A stretch of 64,000 bases of DNA from Yuukianura sp. NJ FZ-2021 (lineage: Eukaryota), in NCBI GenBank assembly GCA_046563655.1, contig CM102288.1:1-64000 (forward strand), in the 5' to 3' direction. The notes beneath the pieces were generated by a model. That model had not been told where the DNA came from and did not search any database. It saw only the letters and a list, made by a program, of their open reading frames with translations. This document shows, one piece after another, positions 1-12,900 of this stretch; within the stretch, counting starts at the first letter, position 1; every line of letters begins with the position of its first letter. The position numbers and the translations under genes are program-made.

Positions 1-517
1 TCACACTCTTTTGTGACGAGGAGACAAATGAGGAGAACGATGAGGAAGACGGTCGTCTTGCCCAGAGCGATCCCCAAAATAAAGGGCCAGTTGACTGACC
101 TTGAAACAAAAGTAGAACTTTAATTGTTTTCCGCTGAACGTTTGGAGTTGAGATTGTTGATGCATTGCTTACCCCAAATCCAACTGGGCGATGGAGATGA
201 AGACCAAGGCGGGGAGGGAGAAGGATCCGATGAAGGTGTTGAGTCCTTTCGTTTCCGCTCCAGAAACAAGTCCCCACTTCCCGGCCAAGTACCTAATCAT
301 ATGATTGCATTCATGAATTCATGTCGTGGAGGTCACACTTAAGGTTGGAAGGTGGATCTGACCCCAGGATGATGACACTGAAGCATTGAATGACTGCTGG
401 GTACAGGGCTTGGATTCCATCTCCAGAATGATCCACCTATTCCAAATCTCAAATCAGCTCCTTTGTCCACTTAACAGATCCCTAATATTAAAATTGTCAA
501 CTTACCGTATTGGCCAT
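1..517 (-). CDS. GPR155: Second copy (paralog or other haplotype) of the GPR155 5' exons; runs off the window start
   Basis: Reverse complement of 36286-36802. ATG at 517 and splice sites are retained. The exonic differences I checked are synonymous (acc/acg, aaa/aag, cca/ccc, ggc/ggg). Confidence 0.8.
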
Positions 518-1289
518 GTCACCTTGTTGACCCTTTTATTGAAAGAGCATACTCCAAAGTGTCAAAACGGATGAGAAGGAAATGGTGGTTCGTGGATGAA
601 TACTGCCACGCAGCTGAATGAGATTGAGTAGGAAGCTGATCGGCGTCAAGGGTAGACTTGTGTTGGAATGCTTAGGAATTTGATTAAAAAGCGGAGATGA
701 GTTCCTTGCCTGTTGATCTACTTCCCCTTTGGAACAGCTGACGGGAATAAAAGAGAAAGTGAGAGGAATTTCTCATCTTGACAACAGAATGGGATGGAGA
801 AAGTGCTCTAAATACCCGCAGTCGCCATTCCATTTTCATCCTCAAACTGAAATGATTGGTCCGTAGCTTCCTGTACTTCTTAGTTCTCAAGTTGAGGATT
901 GGATGATGGCTCAATGATGTGATTGAGGAGTGAGTAGGAAGAAGAGACATCAATTCTAACCGATGACCAAATGACTGGATTTTAATCGACTACTCTTACT
1001 TCACTTTAATTGTGTTGTTCCTTACCTTGACCTTTGAAAAATACTTCATCCAGCTTCAGCTCGTAGTTGTGCTGGTTGTAGATTTACTAAAACTTAGTTA
1101 ATCGGTTCAATTAATTAGTTAATCGTGAACTTTGCACTTATTAGTAAGTAGAAGGAAGATATGAACAAAACAACTGAAATGTTTAATTTTTAAAAGAAAA
1201 TCAGCTGGCGCATGCGTGAACTTGGAATAACAAAGTTGAAAATTTTGAGTAGAGGTCGGCGCCTCACACTCAACTGCCATAAAAATGGC

Positions 1290-2080
1290 AAATTAACTTT
1301 AATTAAATTAATTACTTAATTACTCGTTAATTAAAGCATCTAAAACTCCGGGATTTGTTATCTCACACAACTAATAATGTATTCTTTGTGATATAACGTA
1401 TTCCGGAGTTTTAATATGCGAAATTAGCCTAATTTTTACTATTGTACCAAACCGATAGTCGCAGCTACTTGCGATAACTACGATTGCTGATTACACCTTA
1501 ACTAATCGATTTAAAATCCTGAAATGTGTTATGTCAGCTTGTAATCCATTAGCTCTTTGACGTATTACGTATTTCAGAGTTTTAAAATGCTTAAATGGCT
1601 TAATTTCTTTACTAACGTATCAGAAGTCAAAATCGCAGGTACTCGCGAAAGCTGCGATTGCTTATTATACCTTAAGTAATTAATTTAAAACTCTGAAATG
1701 TGTTATCGCAGCTTGTAATCGATTAGTTCTTTGCCAAATGACGTATTCCAGAATTTTAATTTGCATAACTAACTTAATTAACGCCTATTGTCCTAAACAT
1801 AAGTTTTTGCTTAATTACTAGGTAATTATGCAAATTAAAATTCTGGAATACGTTATCTCGATTTGTAATTCATTAGTTCTTTGCCGTATAACGTATTCCA
1901 GGATTTTAAAATGACGTGTTATGCTAATTTCTGGCTATTGTACAACACAAGAGTTTCCGCTAATTACTCGTTAATTACTTGGTCTAAAATTACAGAATTG
2001 GTTTTCTTGAGAAGGAATTAGCTAATTCTTAATGATATGACATAGTTTAGAGTTTTAGAATACTTAATTAATGTAATTAG
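1290..2080. repeat. Degenerate tandem of AT-rich hairpin-forming units, probably a DNA-transposon/MITE remnant (mirrored at ~34720-35510)
   Basis: The motif ttaaaa(c/t)tctg(g/a)aat..gttat ... taacgtatt(c/t)cag(a/g).ttttaa recurs at ~1340, 1510, 1685, 1835 and 1985, and each unit is self-complementary. Confidence 0.55.
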
Positions 2081-2569
2081 TGCCTATTGTTCTGCAACTG
2101 TGCAATTTCAAAGTTTTGTGCAAAATTGCGCACTTTAAAATGAATTATCTCTGGAACTAATTGATGGAATTCGAATCCAATTAGTACACAGTGCTTATAT
2201 AAGTGTACTACATTCGAAAATTGATTAAAAGTTTTAATTTTCATAAAAAATATAATGCTCTGACCTTGAATTGATCTGGCAGCTTTTTTGAAAACTGCAA
2301 AAAGGGGCGGAGTCTGCTGAGTTGAGGTATGCGCCACCGGTAAAAAATCCAACATCAACAAAATTCGTCAGAAAAACGTAAATAACGTTTCGAAAACGTT
2401 TTGTAGAGCCCCGAATTTGGTCCTAAAAAATCGGGAATGAATTATTTTATTGATTTTGATACCAAAATCACGCCTATCGGTGGATTTTGGCGCTTTTTTT
2501 TGCCAAAAACATCATTTTTGGGCAAAAAAACAGAACATAAATACAAGTTTTGATTCCTATTCTTCTAGT

Positions 2570-2720
2570 GTTGTCATAATAGCATTCAGGTCAGTGCACG
2601 GGCCTGCTTGCATTATGGACGGTGGTTCGAGTCCACCCAGCGGTGTGGGTATTTAGAGACGCCGTAGCTATGCACCAGGCTCTCCTACCCCCCGTGTTGT
2701 TTGTTTGGGGGGTAGGGGGG
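2570..2720 (+). other. tRNA-like Pol III box (possible SINE head) followed by a GC hairpin
   Basis: B-box GGTTCGAGTCC at ~2624-2634 with a weak A-box upstream. Hairpin CCTACCCCCC-13nt-GGGGGGTAGG at ~2684-2716. Mirrored at ~34085-34235. Confidence 0.35.
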
Positions 2721-2789
2721 CCTGGGGGTGGTAGGGCATGGGGGGAAGTATTCTAAAAAATAGAAAATTAATAATTAAATTAATTTTTT

Positions 2790-3355
2790 GTTCAAAGTTC
2801 AATTTTTTTCAAAGTACTTTTTCCCACTGTCATTTTTTTTTCAAAGTTCATTTTATATCCCCACCTTCATTTTTTTCCCACAGTCATTTTTTTTTTCAAA
2901 GTTCATTTTATATCCCCACCTTCATTTTTTTCCCACAGTCATTTTTTCCCCACCGTAATTTTTTTTTCCAAAGTTCATTTTATTTTCACAACTTCATTTT
3001 TTTCCTACAGTCATTTTTTTGAAAGTTCAGTTTATTCTGACACCTTCATTTTTTTTTCAAAGTTCAATTTATTTTACCATATTAATCTTTTTTCCACAGT
3101 CTCTTTTTTTCAAAGTTCAGTTTATTCTCCCACCTTCGTTATTTTCTCACAGTCATTTTTTCTCACGTTCATTTCTTCAAAGTTCAATTTTTTCACAAGT
3201 TCACGTTTTTTCAGAATGGCGATGCAGTATTATATTTTCAAGATTCTGCATTAGAAAGGCCATTGCCAGCAGTTTGCTGGTGTTTGACATTTCAGAAAAT
3301 TTTGCATTACACCTTTCGTTGTGGGGGGTTTGAGATATGTCCAAAAGCTCTATAA
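2790..3355. mobile_element. Non-coding flank of a tandem-repeat-bearing interspersed element family (second member at 54893-58570)
   Basis: T-rich sub-repeats (ttcaaagttcattttat..ccaccttcatttttttcccacagtca). The ~170-bp block at 3170-3340 is the reverse-complement homolog of 55157-55335. Confidence 0.7.
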
Positions 3356-6340
3356 AGGTTTTCATTACATTCGTTGGATCTGCGCTGCCGATCTCTAGGG
3401 TTTTCATTACATTCGTTGGATCTGCGCTGCCGATCTCTAGGGTTTTCATTACATTCGTTGGATCTGCGCTGCCGATCTCTAGGGTTTTCATTACATTCGT
3501 TGGATCTGCGCTGCCGATCTCTAGGGTTTTCATTACATTCGTTGGATCTGCGCTGCCGATCTCTAGGGTTTTCATTACATTCGTTGGATCTGCGCTGCCG
3601 ATCTCTAGGGTTTTCATTACATTCGTTGGATCTGCGCTGCCGATCTCTAGGGTTTTCATTACATTCGTTGGATCTGCGCTGCCGATCTCTAGGGTTTTCA
3701 TTACATTCGTTGGATCTGCGCTGCCGATCTCTAGGGTTTTCATTACATTCGTTGGATCTGCGCTGCCGATCTCTAGGGTTTTCATTACATTCGTTGGATC
3801 TGCGCTGCCGATCTCTAGGGTTTTCATTACATTCGTTGGATCTGCGCTGCCGATCTCTAGGGTTTTCATTACATTCGTTGGATCTGCGCTGCCGATCTCT
3901 AGGGTTTTCATTACATTCGTTGGATCTGCGCTGCCGATCTCTAGGGTTTTCATTACATTCGTTGGATCTGCGCTGCCGATCTCTAGGGTTTTCATTACAT
4001 TCGTTGGATCTGCGCTGCCGATCTCTAGGGTTTTCATTACATTCGTTGGATCTGCGCTGCCGATCTCTAGGGTTTTCATTACATTCGTTGGATCTGCGCT
4101 GCCGATCTCTAGGGTTTTCATTACATTCGTTGGATCTGCGCTGCCGATCTCTAGGGTTTTCATTACATTCGTTGGATCTGCGCTGCCGATCTCTAGGGTT
4201 TTCATTACATTCGTTGGATCTGCGCTGCCGATCTCTAGGGTTTTCATTACATTCGTTGGATCTGCGCTGCCGATCTCTAGGGTTTTCATTACATTCGTTG
4301 GATCTGCGCTGCCGATCTCTAGGGTTTTCATTACATTCGTTGGATCTGCGCTGCCGATCTCTAGGGTTTTCATTACATTCGTTGGATCTGCGCTGCCGAT
4401 CTCTAGGGTTTTCATTACATTCGTTGGATCTGCGCTGCCGATCTCTAGGGTTTTCATTACATTCGTTGGATCTGCGCTGCCGATCTCTAGGGTTTTCATT
4501 ACATTCGTTGGATCTGCGCTGCCGATCTCTAGGGTTTTCATTACATTCGTTGGATCTGCGCTGCCGATCTCTAGGGTTTTCATTACATTCGTTGGATCTG
4601 CGCTGCCGATCTCTAGGGTTTTCATTACATTCGTTGGATCTGCGCTGCCGATCTCTAGGGTTTTCATTACATTCGTTGGATCTGCGCTGCCGATCTCTAG
4701 GGTTTTCATTACATTCGTTGGATCTGCGCTGCCGATCTCTAGGGTTTTCATTACATTCGTTGGATCTGCGCTGCCGATCTCTAGGGTTTTCATTACATTC
4801 GTTGGATCTGCGCTGCCGATCTCTAGGGTTTTCATTACATTCGTTGGATCTGCGCTGCCGATCTCTAGGGTTTTCATTACATTCGTTGGATCTGCGCTGC
4901 CGATCTCTAGGGTTTTCATTACATTCGTTGGATCTGCGCTGCCGATCTCTAGGGTTTTCATTACATTCGTTGGATCTGCGCTGCCGATCTCTAGGGTTTT
5001 CATTACATTCGTTGGATCTGCGCTGCCGATCTCTAGGGTTTTCATTACATTCGTTGGATCTGCGCTGCCGATCTCTAGGGTTTTCATTACATTCGTTGGA
5101 TCTGCGCTGCCGATCTCTAGGGTTTTCATTACATTCGTTGGATCTGCGCTGCCGATCTCTAGGGTTTTCATTACATTCGTTGGATCTGCGCTGCCGATCT
5201 CTAGGGTTTTCATTACATTCGTTGGATCTGCGCTGCCGATCTCTAGGGTTTTCATTACATTCGTTGGATCTGCGCTGCCGATCTCTAGGGTTTTCATTAC
5301 ATTCGTTGGATCTGCGCTGCCGATCTCTAGGGTTTTCATTACATTCGTTGGATCTGCGCTGCCGATCTCTAGGGTTTTCATTACATTCGTTGGATCTGCG
5401 CTGCCGATCTCTGAGGGTTTTCATTACATTCGTTGGATCTGCCGATCTCTAGGGTTTTTGTTGAATTTGGATCTAACCTGCCGATCTCTAGGGTTTTCAT
5501 TACATTCGTTGGATCTGCGCTGCCGATCTCTAGGGTTTTCATTACATTCGTTGGATCTGCGCTGCCGATCTCTAGGGTTTTCATTACATTCGTTGGATCT
5601 GCGCTGCCGATCTCTAGGGTTTTCATTACATTCGTTGGATCTGCGCTGCCGATCTCTAGGGTTTTCATTACATTCGTTGGATCTGCGCTGCCGATCTCTA
5701 GGGTTTTCATTACATTCGTTGCCGATCTCGAGGGTTTTTGTTGAATTCGTTGGATCTGCGCTGCCGATCTCTAGGGTTTTCATTACATTCGTTGGATCTG
5801 CGCTGCCGATCTCTAGGGTTTTCATTACATTCGTTGGATCTGCGCTGCCGATCTCTAGGGTTTTCATTACATTCGTTGGATCTGCGCTGCCGATCTCTAG
5901 GGTTTTTCATTACATTCGTTGGATCTGCGCTGCCGATCTCTAGGGTTTTCATTACATTCGTTGGATCTGCGCTGCCGATCTCTAGGGTTTTCATTACATT
6001 CGTTGGATCTGCGCTGCCGATCTCTAGGGTTTTCATTACATTCGTTGGATCTGCGCTGCCGATCTCTAGGGTTTTCATTACATTCGTTGGATCTGCGCTG
6101 CCGATCTCTAGGGTTTTCATTACATTCGTTGGATCTGCGCTGCCGATCTCTAGGGTTTTCATTACATTCGTTGGATCTGCGCTGCCGATCTCTAGGGTTT
6201 TCATTACATTCGTTGGATCTGCGCTGCCGATCTCTAGGGTTTTCATTACATTCGTTGGATCTGCGCTGCCGATCTCTAGGGTTTTCATTACATTCGTTGG
6301 ATCTGCGCTGCCGATCTCTAGGGTTTTCATTGAATTCGTT
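3356..6340. repeat. 42-bp satellite, ~70 near-identical copies
   Basis: Unit agggttttcattacattcgttggatctgcgctgccgatctct; the sequence repeats exactly every 420 nt (10 units). Confidence 0.98.
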
Positions 6341-6830
6341 GAATCCTAACCTGCCGATCTCGAGGGTTTTTGTTGAATTTGAATCCTAACCTGCCGATCT
6401 CGAGGGTTTTTGTTGAATTTGAATCCTAACCTGCCGATCTCGAGGGTTTTTGTTGAATTTGAATCCTAACCTGCCGATCTCGAGGGTTTTTGTTGAATTT
6501 GAATCCTAACCTGCCGATCTCGAGGGTTTTTGTTGAATTTGAATCCTAACCTGCCGATCTCGAGGGTTTTTGTTGAATTTGAATCCTAACCTGCCGATCT
6601 CGAGGGTTTTTGTTGAATTTGAATCCTAACCTGCCGATCTCGAGGGTTTTTGTTGAATTTGAATCCTAACCTGCCGATCTCGAGGGTTTTTGTTGAATTT
6701 GAATCCTAACCTGCCGATCTCGAGGGTTTTTGTTGAATTTGGAATCCTAACCTGCCGATCTCGAGGGTTTTTGTTGAATTTGAATCCTAACCTGCCGATC
6801 TCTGGGGTTTTCATTACATTCGTTGGATCT
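6341..6830. repeat. 40-bp satellite variant derived from the 42-bp unit, ~11 copies
   Basis: Unit gaatcctaacctgccgatctcgagggtttttgttgaattt shares ctgccgatct..agggtttt with the 42-mer. Hybrid units occur at ~5450 and ~5725. Confidence 0.95.
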
Positions 6831-6930
6831 NNNNNNNNNNNNNNNNNNNNNNNNNNNNNNNNNNNNNNNNNNNNNNNNNNNNNNNNNNNNNNNNNNNNNN
6901 NNNNNNNNNNNNNNNNNNNNNNNNNNNNNN
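6831..6930. other. Assembly gap (100 N, scaffold join)
   Basis: Run of exactly 100 N between two different satellites. Confidence 0.99.
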
Positions 6931-9900
6931 TTTGGGAATTTTGTAGTTTAGATTTTAGTGTTTTAGGACTTTTAGGTTTTTCGAATTTTAGAATTTTGTA
7001 GTTTAGGATTTTTAGTGTTTTAGGACTTTAGGATTTTTCGGATTTTAGGAATTTTGCAATTTAGGATTTTAGTGTTTTAGGACTTTAGGGTTTTTGACTT
7101 TTTGGGAATTTTGTAGTGTAGATTTTAGTGTTTTAGGGATTTTAGTGTTTTCGGATTCTCGGATTTTTCGATTTGGGAATTTTTGTAGTTTTAGGATTTT
7201 AGTGTTTGTGACTTTAGGGTTTTCGAATTTTCGGATTTTGGGAATTTTGCAGTTTAGGATTTTAGTGTTTTAGGACTTTTAGGATTTTCGGAATTTAAAT
7301 TTGTTTAGGGATTTTAGTGTTTTATGTTTTAGATTTAGATTCTCGGATTTTGGGACTTTGTAGCTTAGGATTTTAGTGTGTTTTAGGACTTTAGGATTTT
7401 CGAATTTTTGGGAATTTTGTGGAAATAGGGATTTTAGTGTTTAGGACTTTAGGATTTTGGAATTTTTTGTAGTTTAGGATTTTAGTGTTTTAGGGACTTT
7501 AGGTTTTTGGATTTTGGGAATTTTGGCAATTTTGAGGACTTTTTAGGATTTTCGGATTTTTAACTTCTTGGTTTAGATTTTAGTGTTTTAGGACTTTAGG
7601 ATTTTGGGAATTTTGTAGTTTAGGATTTTTAGTGTTTTAGGAGACTTTTGTGGTTTAGGATTTAGGTGTTACTTTAGGGTTTTCGAATTTTGGGAATTTT
7701 TGCAATTTAGGATTTTGAGTAAGTTTTAGGACTTTAGGATTTTGTTTTAGGAATTTTTGTAGTTTAGGATTTTAGTGTTTTAGGACTTCAGGTTTTGAAT
7801 TTTTGGGAATTTTGGTAACAATTTAGGATTTTAGTGTTTTAGGACTTTAGGGTTTTCGGATTTTGGGTAATTTTTTGTAATTTAGGATTTTAGTGTTTTC
7901 TTAGGACCTTTAGGTTTTTCGGAATTTTGAATTTTGTAGTTTAGGATTTTAGTGTGTTTTAGGACTTTAGGATTTTGGGAATTTTTTAGGATTTTATTGT
8001 TTTTTTGCAGGATTTAGGGAATTTAGTTTAGGATTTTAGTGTTTTAGGACTTTAGGATTTTGGATTTTGAATTTTTGTAGTTTAGGATTTTAGTGTTTTA
8101 GGACTTTAGGATTTTGGGAATTTTGTAGATTTTAGTGTTTTAGGACTTTAGATTTTGGGAATTTTGAACTTTAGGATTTTAGTGTTTTAGGCCTTAAGGG
8201 TTTTCGGATTTTGGGAATTTTGAAGTTTAGGATTTTAGTGTTTTAGGACTTTAGGTTTTTCGGATTTTGGGAATTTTGTAGCTTTAGGATTTTAGTGTTT
8301 TAGGACTTTAGGATTTTGGGAATTTTGTAGTTTAGGATTTTAGTGTTTTAGGACTTTAGGATTTTGGGAATTTTGTAGTTTAGGATTTTAGTGTTTTAGG
8401 ACTTTAGGATTTTGGGAATTTTGGGAATTTTGTAGCTTAGGATTTTAGTGTTTTAGGACTTTAGGATTTTGGGAATTTTGTAGTTTAGGATTTTAGTGTT
8501 TTAGGACTTTAGGGTTTTCGAATTTTGGGAATTTTAGTTTAGGATTTTAGTGTTTTAGGACTTTAGGATTTTCGAAGAATTTTGCAGTTTAGGAATTTAG
8601 TGTTTTAGGATTTTCGGATTTTGGGAATTTTGCACTTTATTGTTTTAGGACTTTAGGATTTTGGGAATTTTGTAGTTTAGGATTTTAGTGTTTTAGGACT
8701 TTAGGATTTTGGGAATTTTGCAGTTTAGGATTTTAGTGTTTTAGGACTTTAGGATTTTGGGAATTTTGTAGTTTAGGATTTTAGTGTTTTAGGACTTTAG
8801 GGTTTTCGATTTTGGGAATTTTGTAGTTTTAGGATTTTAGTGTTTTAGGACTTTAGGATTTTGGGGAATTTTGTAGTTTAGGATTTTAGTGTTTTAGGAC
8901 TTTAGGTTTCAGATTTTAGGGAATTTTGCAATTTAGGATTTTAGTGTTTTAGGACTTTAGGATTTTGGGAATTTTGTAGTTTAGGATTTTAGTGTTTTAG
9001 GACTTTAGGGTTTTCGAATTTTGGGAATTTTGTAGTGTAGGATTTTAGTGTTTTAGGACTTTAGGATTTTGGGAATTTTGTAGTTTAGGATTTTAGTGTT
9101 TTAGGACTTTAGGGTTTTCGAATTTTGGGATTTTTGCAATTTAGGATTTTAGTGTTTTAGGACTTTAGGATTTTGGGAATTTTGTAGTTTAGGATTTTAG
9201 TGTTTTTAGGATTTTCGGATTTTGGGAATTTTGTAGTTTAGGATTTTAGTGTTTTAGGACTTTAGGATTCTTGGATTTTGGGGATTTTGTAGTTTAGGAT
9301 TTTCGGATTTTGGGAATTTTGTAGTTTAGGATTTTAGTGTTTTAGGACTTTAGGATTTTGGGAATTTTGCAGTTTAGGATTTTAGTGTTTTAGGATTTTC
9401 GGATTTTGGGAATTTTGCAGTTTAGGATTTTAGTGTTTTAGGACTTTAGAATTTCGGATTTTGGGAATTTTGTAGTTTAGGATTTTAGTGTTTTAGGACT
9501 TTAGGATTTTCGGAATTTTTTAGGGATTTTGTAGCAATTTAGGATTTTAGTGTTTTAGGACTTTAGGGTTTTCGGATTTTGGGAATTTTGTAGTTTAGGA
9601 TTTTAGTGTTTTAGGACTTTAGGGTTTTCGGATTTTGGGAATTTTGTAGTTTAGGATTTTAGTGTTTTAGGACTTTAGGATTCTCGGATTTTGGGAATTT
9701 TGTAGCTTAGGATTTTAGTGTTTTAGGACTTTAGGATTTCGAATTTTGGGATTTTCACATTTAGGATTTTAGTGTTTTTAGGACTTTAGGGTTTTCGGAA
9801 TTTTGGGAATTTTGCAATTTAGGATTTTGAGTGTTTTTTTTTAGGCCTTCAGGGTTTTCGGAATTTTGGGAATTTTGTAGCTTTAGGATTTTAGTGTTTT

Positions 9901-12900
9901 AGGACTTTAATTTTGGGAATTTTGTAGTTTAGGATTTTAGTGTTTTAGGACTTTTAGGATTTTGGGAATTTTGTAGTTTAGGATTTTAGTGTTTTAGGAC
10001 TTTAGGGTTTTCGAATTTTGGGAATTTTGCAATTTAGGATTTTAGTGTTTTAGGACTTTAGGATTTTGGGAATTTTGTAGTTTAGGATTTTAGTGTTTTA
10101 GGACTTTAGGGTTTTCGGATTTTGGGAATTTTGTAGTTTAGGATTTTAGTGTTTTAGGACTTTAGGATTTTGGGAATTTTGTAGTTTAGGATTTTAGTGT
10201 TTTGGACTTTAGGATTTTCGGATTTTGGGAATTTTGCAATTTAGGATTTTAGTGTTTTAGGACTTTAGGATTTTAGGGATTTTGTAGTTTAGGATTTTAG
10301 TGTTTTAGGAGTTTAGGAATTTTGCAATTTAGGATTTTAGTGGTTTAGGACTTTAGGGTTTTCGGATTTTGGGAATTTTGTAGTGTAGGATTTTAGTGTT
10401 TTAGGACTTTAGGGTTTTCGGAATTTTGGGAATTTTGCAATTTAGGATTTTATTGTTTTAGGACTTTAGTATTTTCGGATTTTGGGAATTTTGCAGTTTA
10501 GGATTTTAGTGTTTTAGGACTTTAGGGTTTTCGGATTTTGGGAATTTTGTAGTTTAGGATTTTAGTGTTTTAGGACTTTAGGATTTTCGGATTTTGGGAA
10601 TTTTGCAGTTTAGGATTTTAGTGTTTTAGGACTTTAGGGTTTTCGGATTTTGGGAATTTTGTAGTTTAGGATTTTAGTGTTTTAGGACTTTAGGATTTTG
10701 GGAATTTTGTAGTTTAGGATTTTAGTGTTTTAGGACTTTAGGATTTTGGGAATTTTGTAGTTTAGGATTTTAGTGTTTTAGGACTTTAGGGTTTTCGAAT
10801 TTTGGGAATTTTGCAATTTAGGATTTTAGTGTTTTAGGACTTTAGGATTTTGGGAATTTTGTAGTTTAGGATTTTAGTGTTTTAGGACTTTAGGAATTTT
10901 GCAATTTAGGATTTTAGTGGTTTAGGACTTTAGGGTTTTCGGATTTTGGGAATTTTGTAGTGTAGGATTTTAGTGTTTTAGGACTTTAGGATTTTCTGAT
11001 TTTGGGAATTTTGCAGTTTAGGAGTTTAGTGTTTTAGGACTTTAGTATTTTCGGATTTTGGGAATTTTGCAGTTTAGGATTTTAGTGTTTTAGGACTTTA
11101 GGGTTTTCGGATTTTGGGAATTTTGTAGTTTAGGATTTTAGTGGTTTAGGACTTTAGGATTTTGGGAATTTTGTAGTTTAGGATTTTAGTGTTTTAGGAC
11201 TTTAGGATTTTGGGAATTTTGGGAATTTTGCAATTTAGGATTTTAGTGTTTTAGGACTTTAGGATTTTGGGAATTTTGTAGTTTAGGATTTTAGTGTTTT
11301 AGGACTTTAGGATTTTCGGATTTTAGGGATTTTCCAATTTAGGATTTTAATGTTTTAGGACTTTAGGATTTTCGGATTTTAGGGATTTTCCAATTTAGGA
11401 TTTTAGTGTTTTAGGACTTTAGGATTTTCGGATTTTGGGAATTTTGCAGTTTAGGATTTTAGTGTTTTAGGACTTTAGGATTTTGGGAATTTTGTAGTTT
11501 AGGATTTTAGTGGTTTAGGACTTTAGGATTTTCGGATTTTGGGAATTTTGTAGTTTAGGATTTTAGTGTTTTAGGACTTTAGGATTTTAGGGATTTTGTA
11601 GTTTAGGATTTTAGTGTTTTAGGAGTTTAGGAATTTTGCAATTTAGGATTTTAGTGGTTTAGGACTTTAGGGTTTTCGGATTTTGGGAATTTTGCAATTT
11701 AGGATTTTAGTGTTTTAGGACTTTAGGGTTTTCGGATTTTGGGAATTTTGTAGTTTAGGATTTTAGTGTTTTAGGACTTTAGGGTTTTCAATTTTGGGAA
11801 TTTTGTAGTTTAGGATTTTAGTGTTTTAGGACTTTAGAATTTCGGATTTTGGGAATTTTGTAGTGTAGGATTTTAGTGTTTTAGGACTTTAGGATTTTCG
11901 GATTTTGGGAATTTTGCAGTTTAGGATTTTAGTGTTTTAGGACTTTAGGGTTTTCGAATTTTGGGAATTTTGTAGTTTAGGATTTTAGTGTTTTAGGACT
12001 TTAGTATTTTCGGATTTTGGGAATTTTGCAGTTTAGGAGTTTAGTGTTTTAGGAGGGTTTTCGGATTTTGGGAATTTTGCAATTTAGGATTTTAGTGTTT
12101 TAGGACTTTAGGATTCTCGGATTTTGGGAATTTTGTAGTTTAGGATTTTAGTGTTTTAGGACTTTAGGGTTTTCGGATTTTGGGAATTTTGTAGTTTAGG
12201 ATTTTAGTGTTTTAGGACTTTAGGGTTTTCGGATTTTGGGAATTTTGTAGTTTAGGATTTTAGTGTTTTAGGACTTTAGGATTTTCGGATTTTGGGAATT
12301 TTCCAATTTTGGATTTTAGTGTTTTAGGACTTTAGGATTTTCGGATTTTGGGAATTTTGCAGTTTAGGATTTTAGTGTTTTAGGATTTTCGGATTTTGGG
12401 AATTTTGCAGTTTAGGATTTTAGTGTTTTAGGACTTTAGAATTTCGGATTTTGGGAATTTTGTAGTTTAGGATTTTAGTGTTTTAGGACTTTAGGATTTT
12501 CGGATTTTGGGAATTTTGTAGTTTAGGATTTTAGTGTTTTAGGACTTTAGGATTTTCGGATTTTGGGAATTTTGTAGTTTAGGATTTTAGTGTTTTAGGA
12601 CTTTAGGATTTTAGGGATTTTGCAGTTTAGGATTTTAGTGTTTTTGGACTTTAGGATTTTCGGATTTTGGGAATTTTGCAGTTTAGGATTTTAGTGTTTT
12701 AGGACTTTAGGATTTTCGAATTTTGGGAATTTTGTAGCTTAGGATTTTAGTGTTTTAGGACTTTAGGGTTTTCGAATTTTGGGAATTTTGCAATTTAGGA
12801 TTTTAGTGTTTTAGGACTTTAGGATTTTGGGAATTTTGTAGTTTTAGTGTTTTAGGACTTTAGGGTTTTCGAATTTTGGGAATTTTGCAATTTAGGATTT

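Larger units (their letters stand above)
1..2725. repeat. Left arm of a large inverted duplication (partner 34078-36802)
   Basis: Position p pairs with about 36803-p. ORFs 124..342 and 386..574 mirror 36461..36679 and 36229..36417. The arms differ by scattered SNPs and small indels. Confidence 0.95.

Noticed and set aside
2570..2650. Functional tRNA gene
   Set aside because: A B-box is present but I could not fold a convincing acceptor stem or anticodon arm; kept only as a tRNA-like/SINE head.
3201..6389. Long ORFs of 690-870 aa made of 14-aa repeats on both strands
   Set aside because: Artefact of a 42-bp satellite whose length is a multiple of 3 and which is stop-free in several frames; indels shift the frames freely.
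3356..6830. CRISPR-like regular repeats (also 55621-58329)
   Set aside because: The units are head-to-tail with no unique spacers, there are no cas genes, and the context is eukaryotic.
6931..8200. Apparent higher divergence of the satellite next to the gap
   Set aside because: Dominated by homopolymer indels at a contig end, so most likely low-coverage consensus error.
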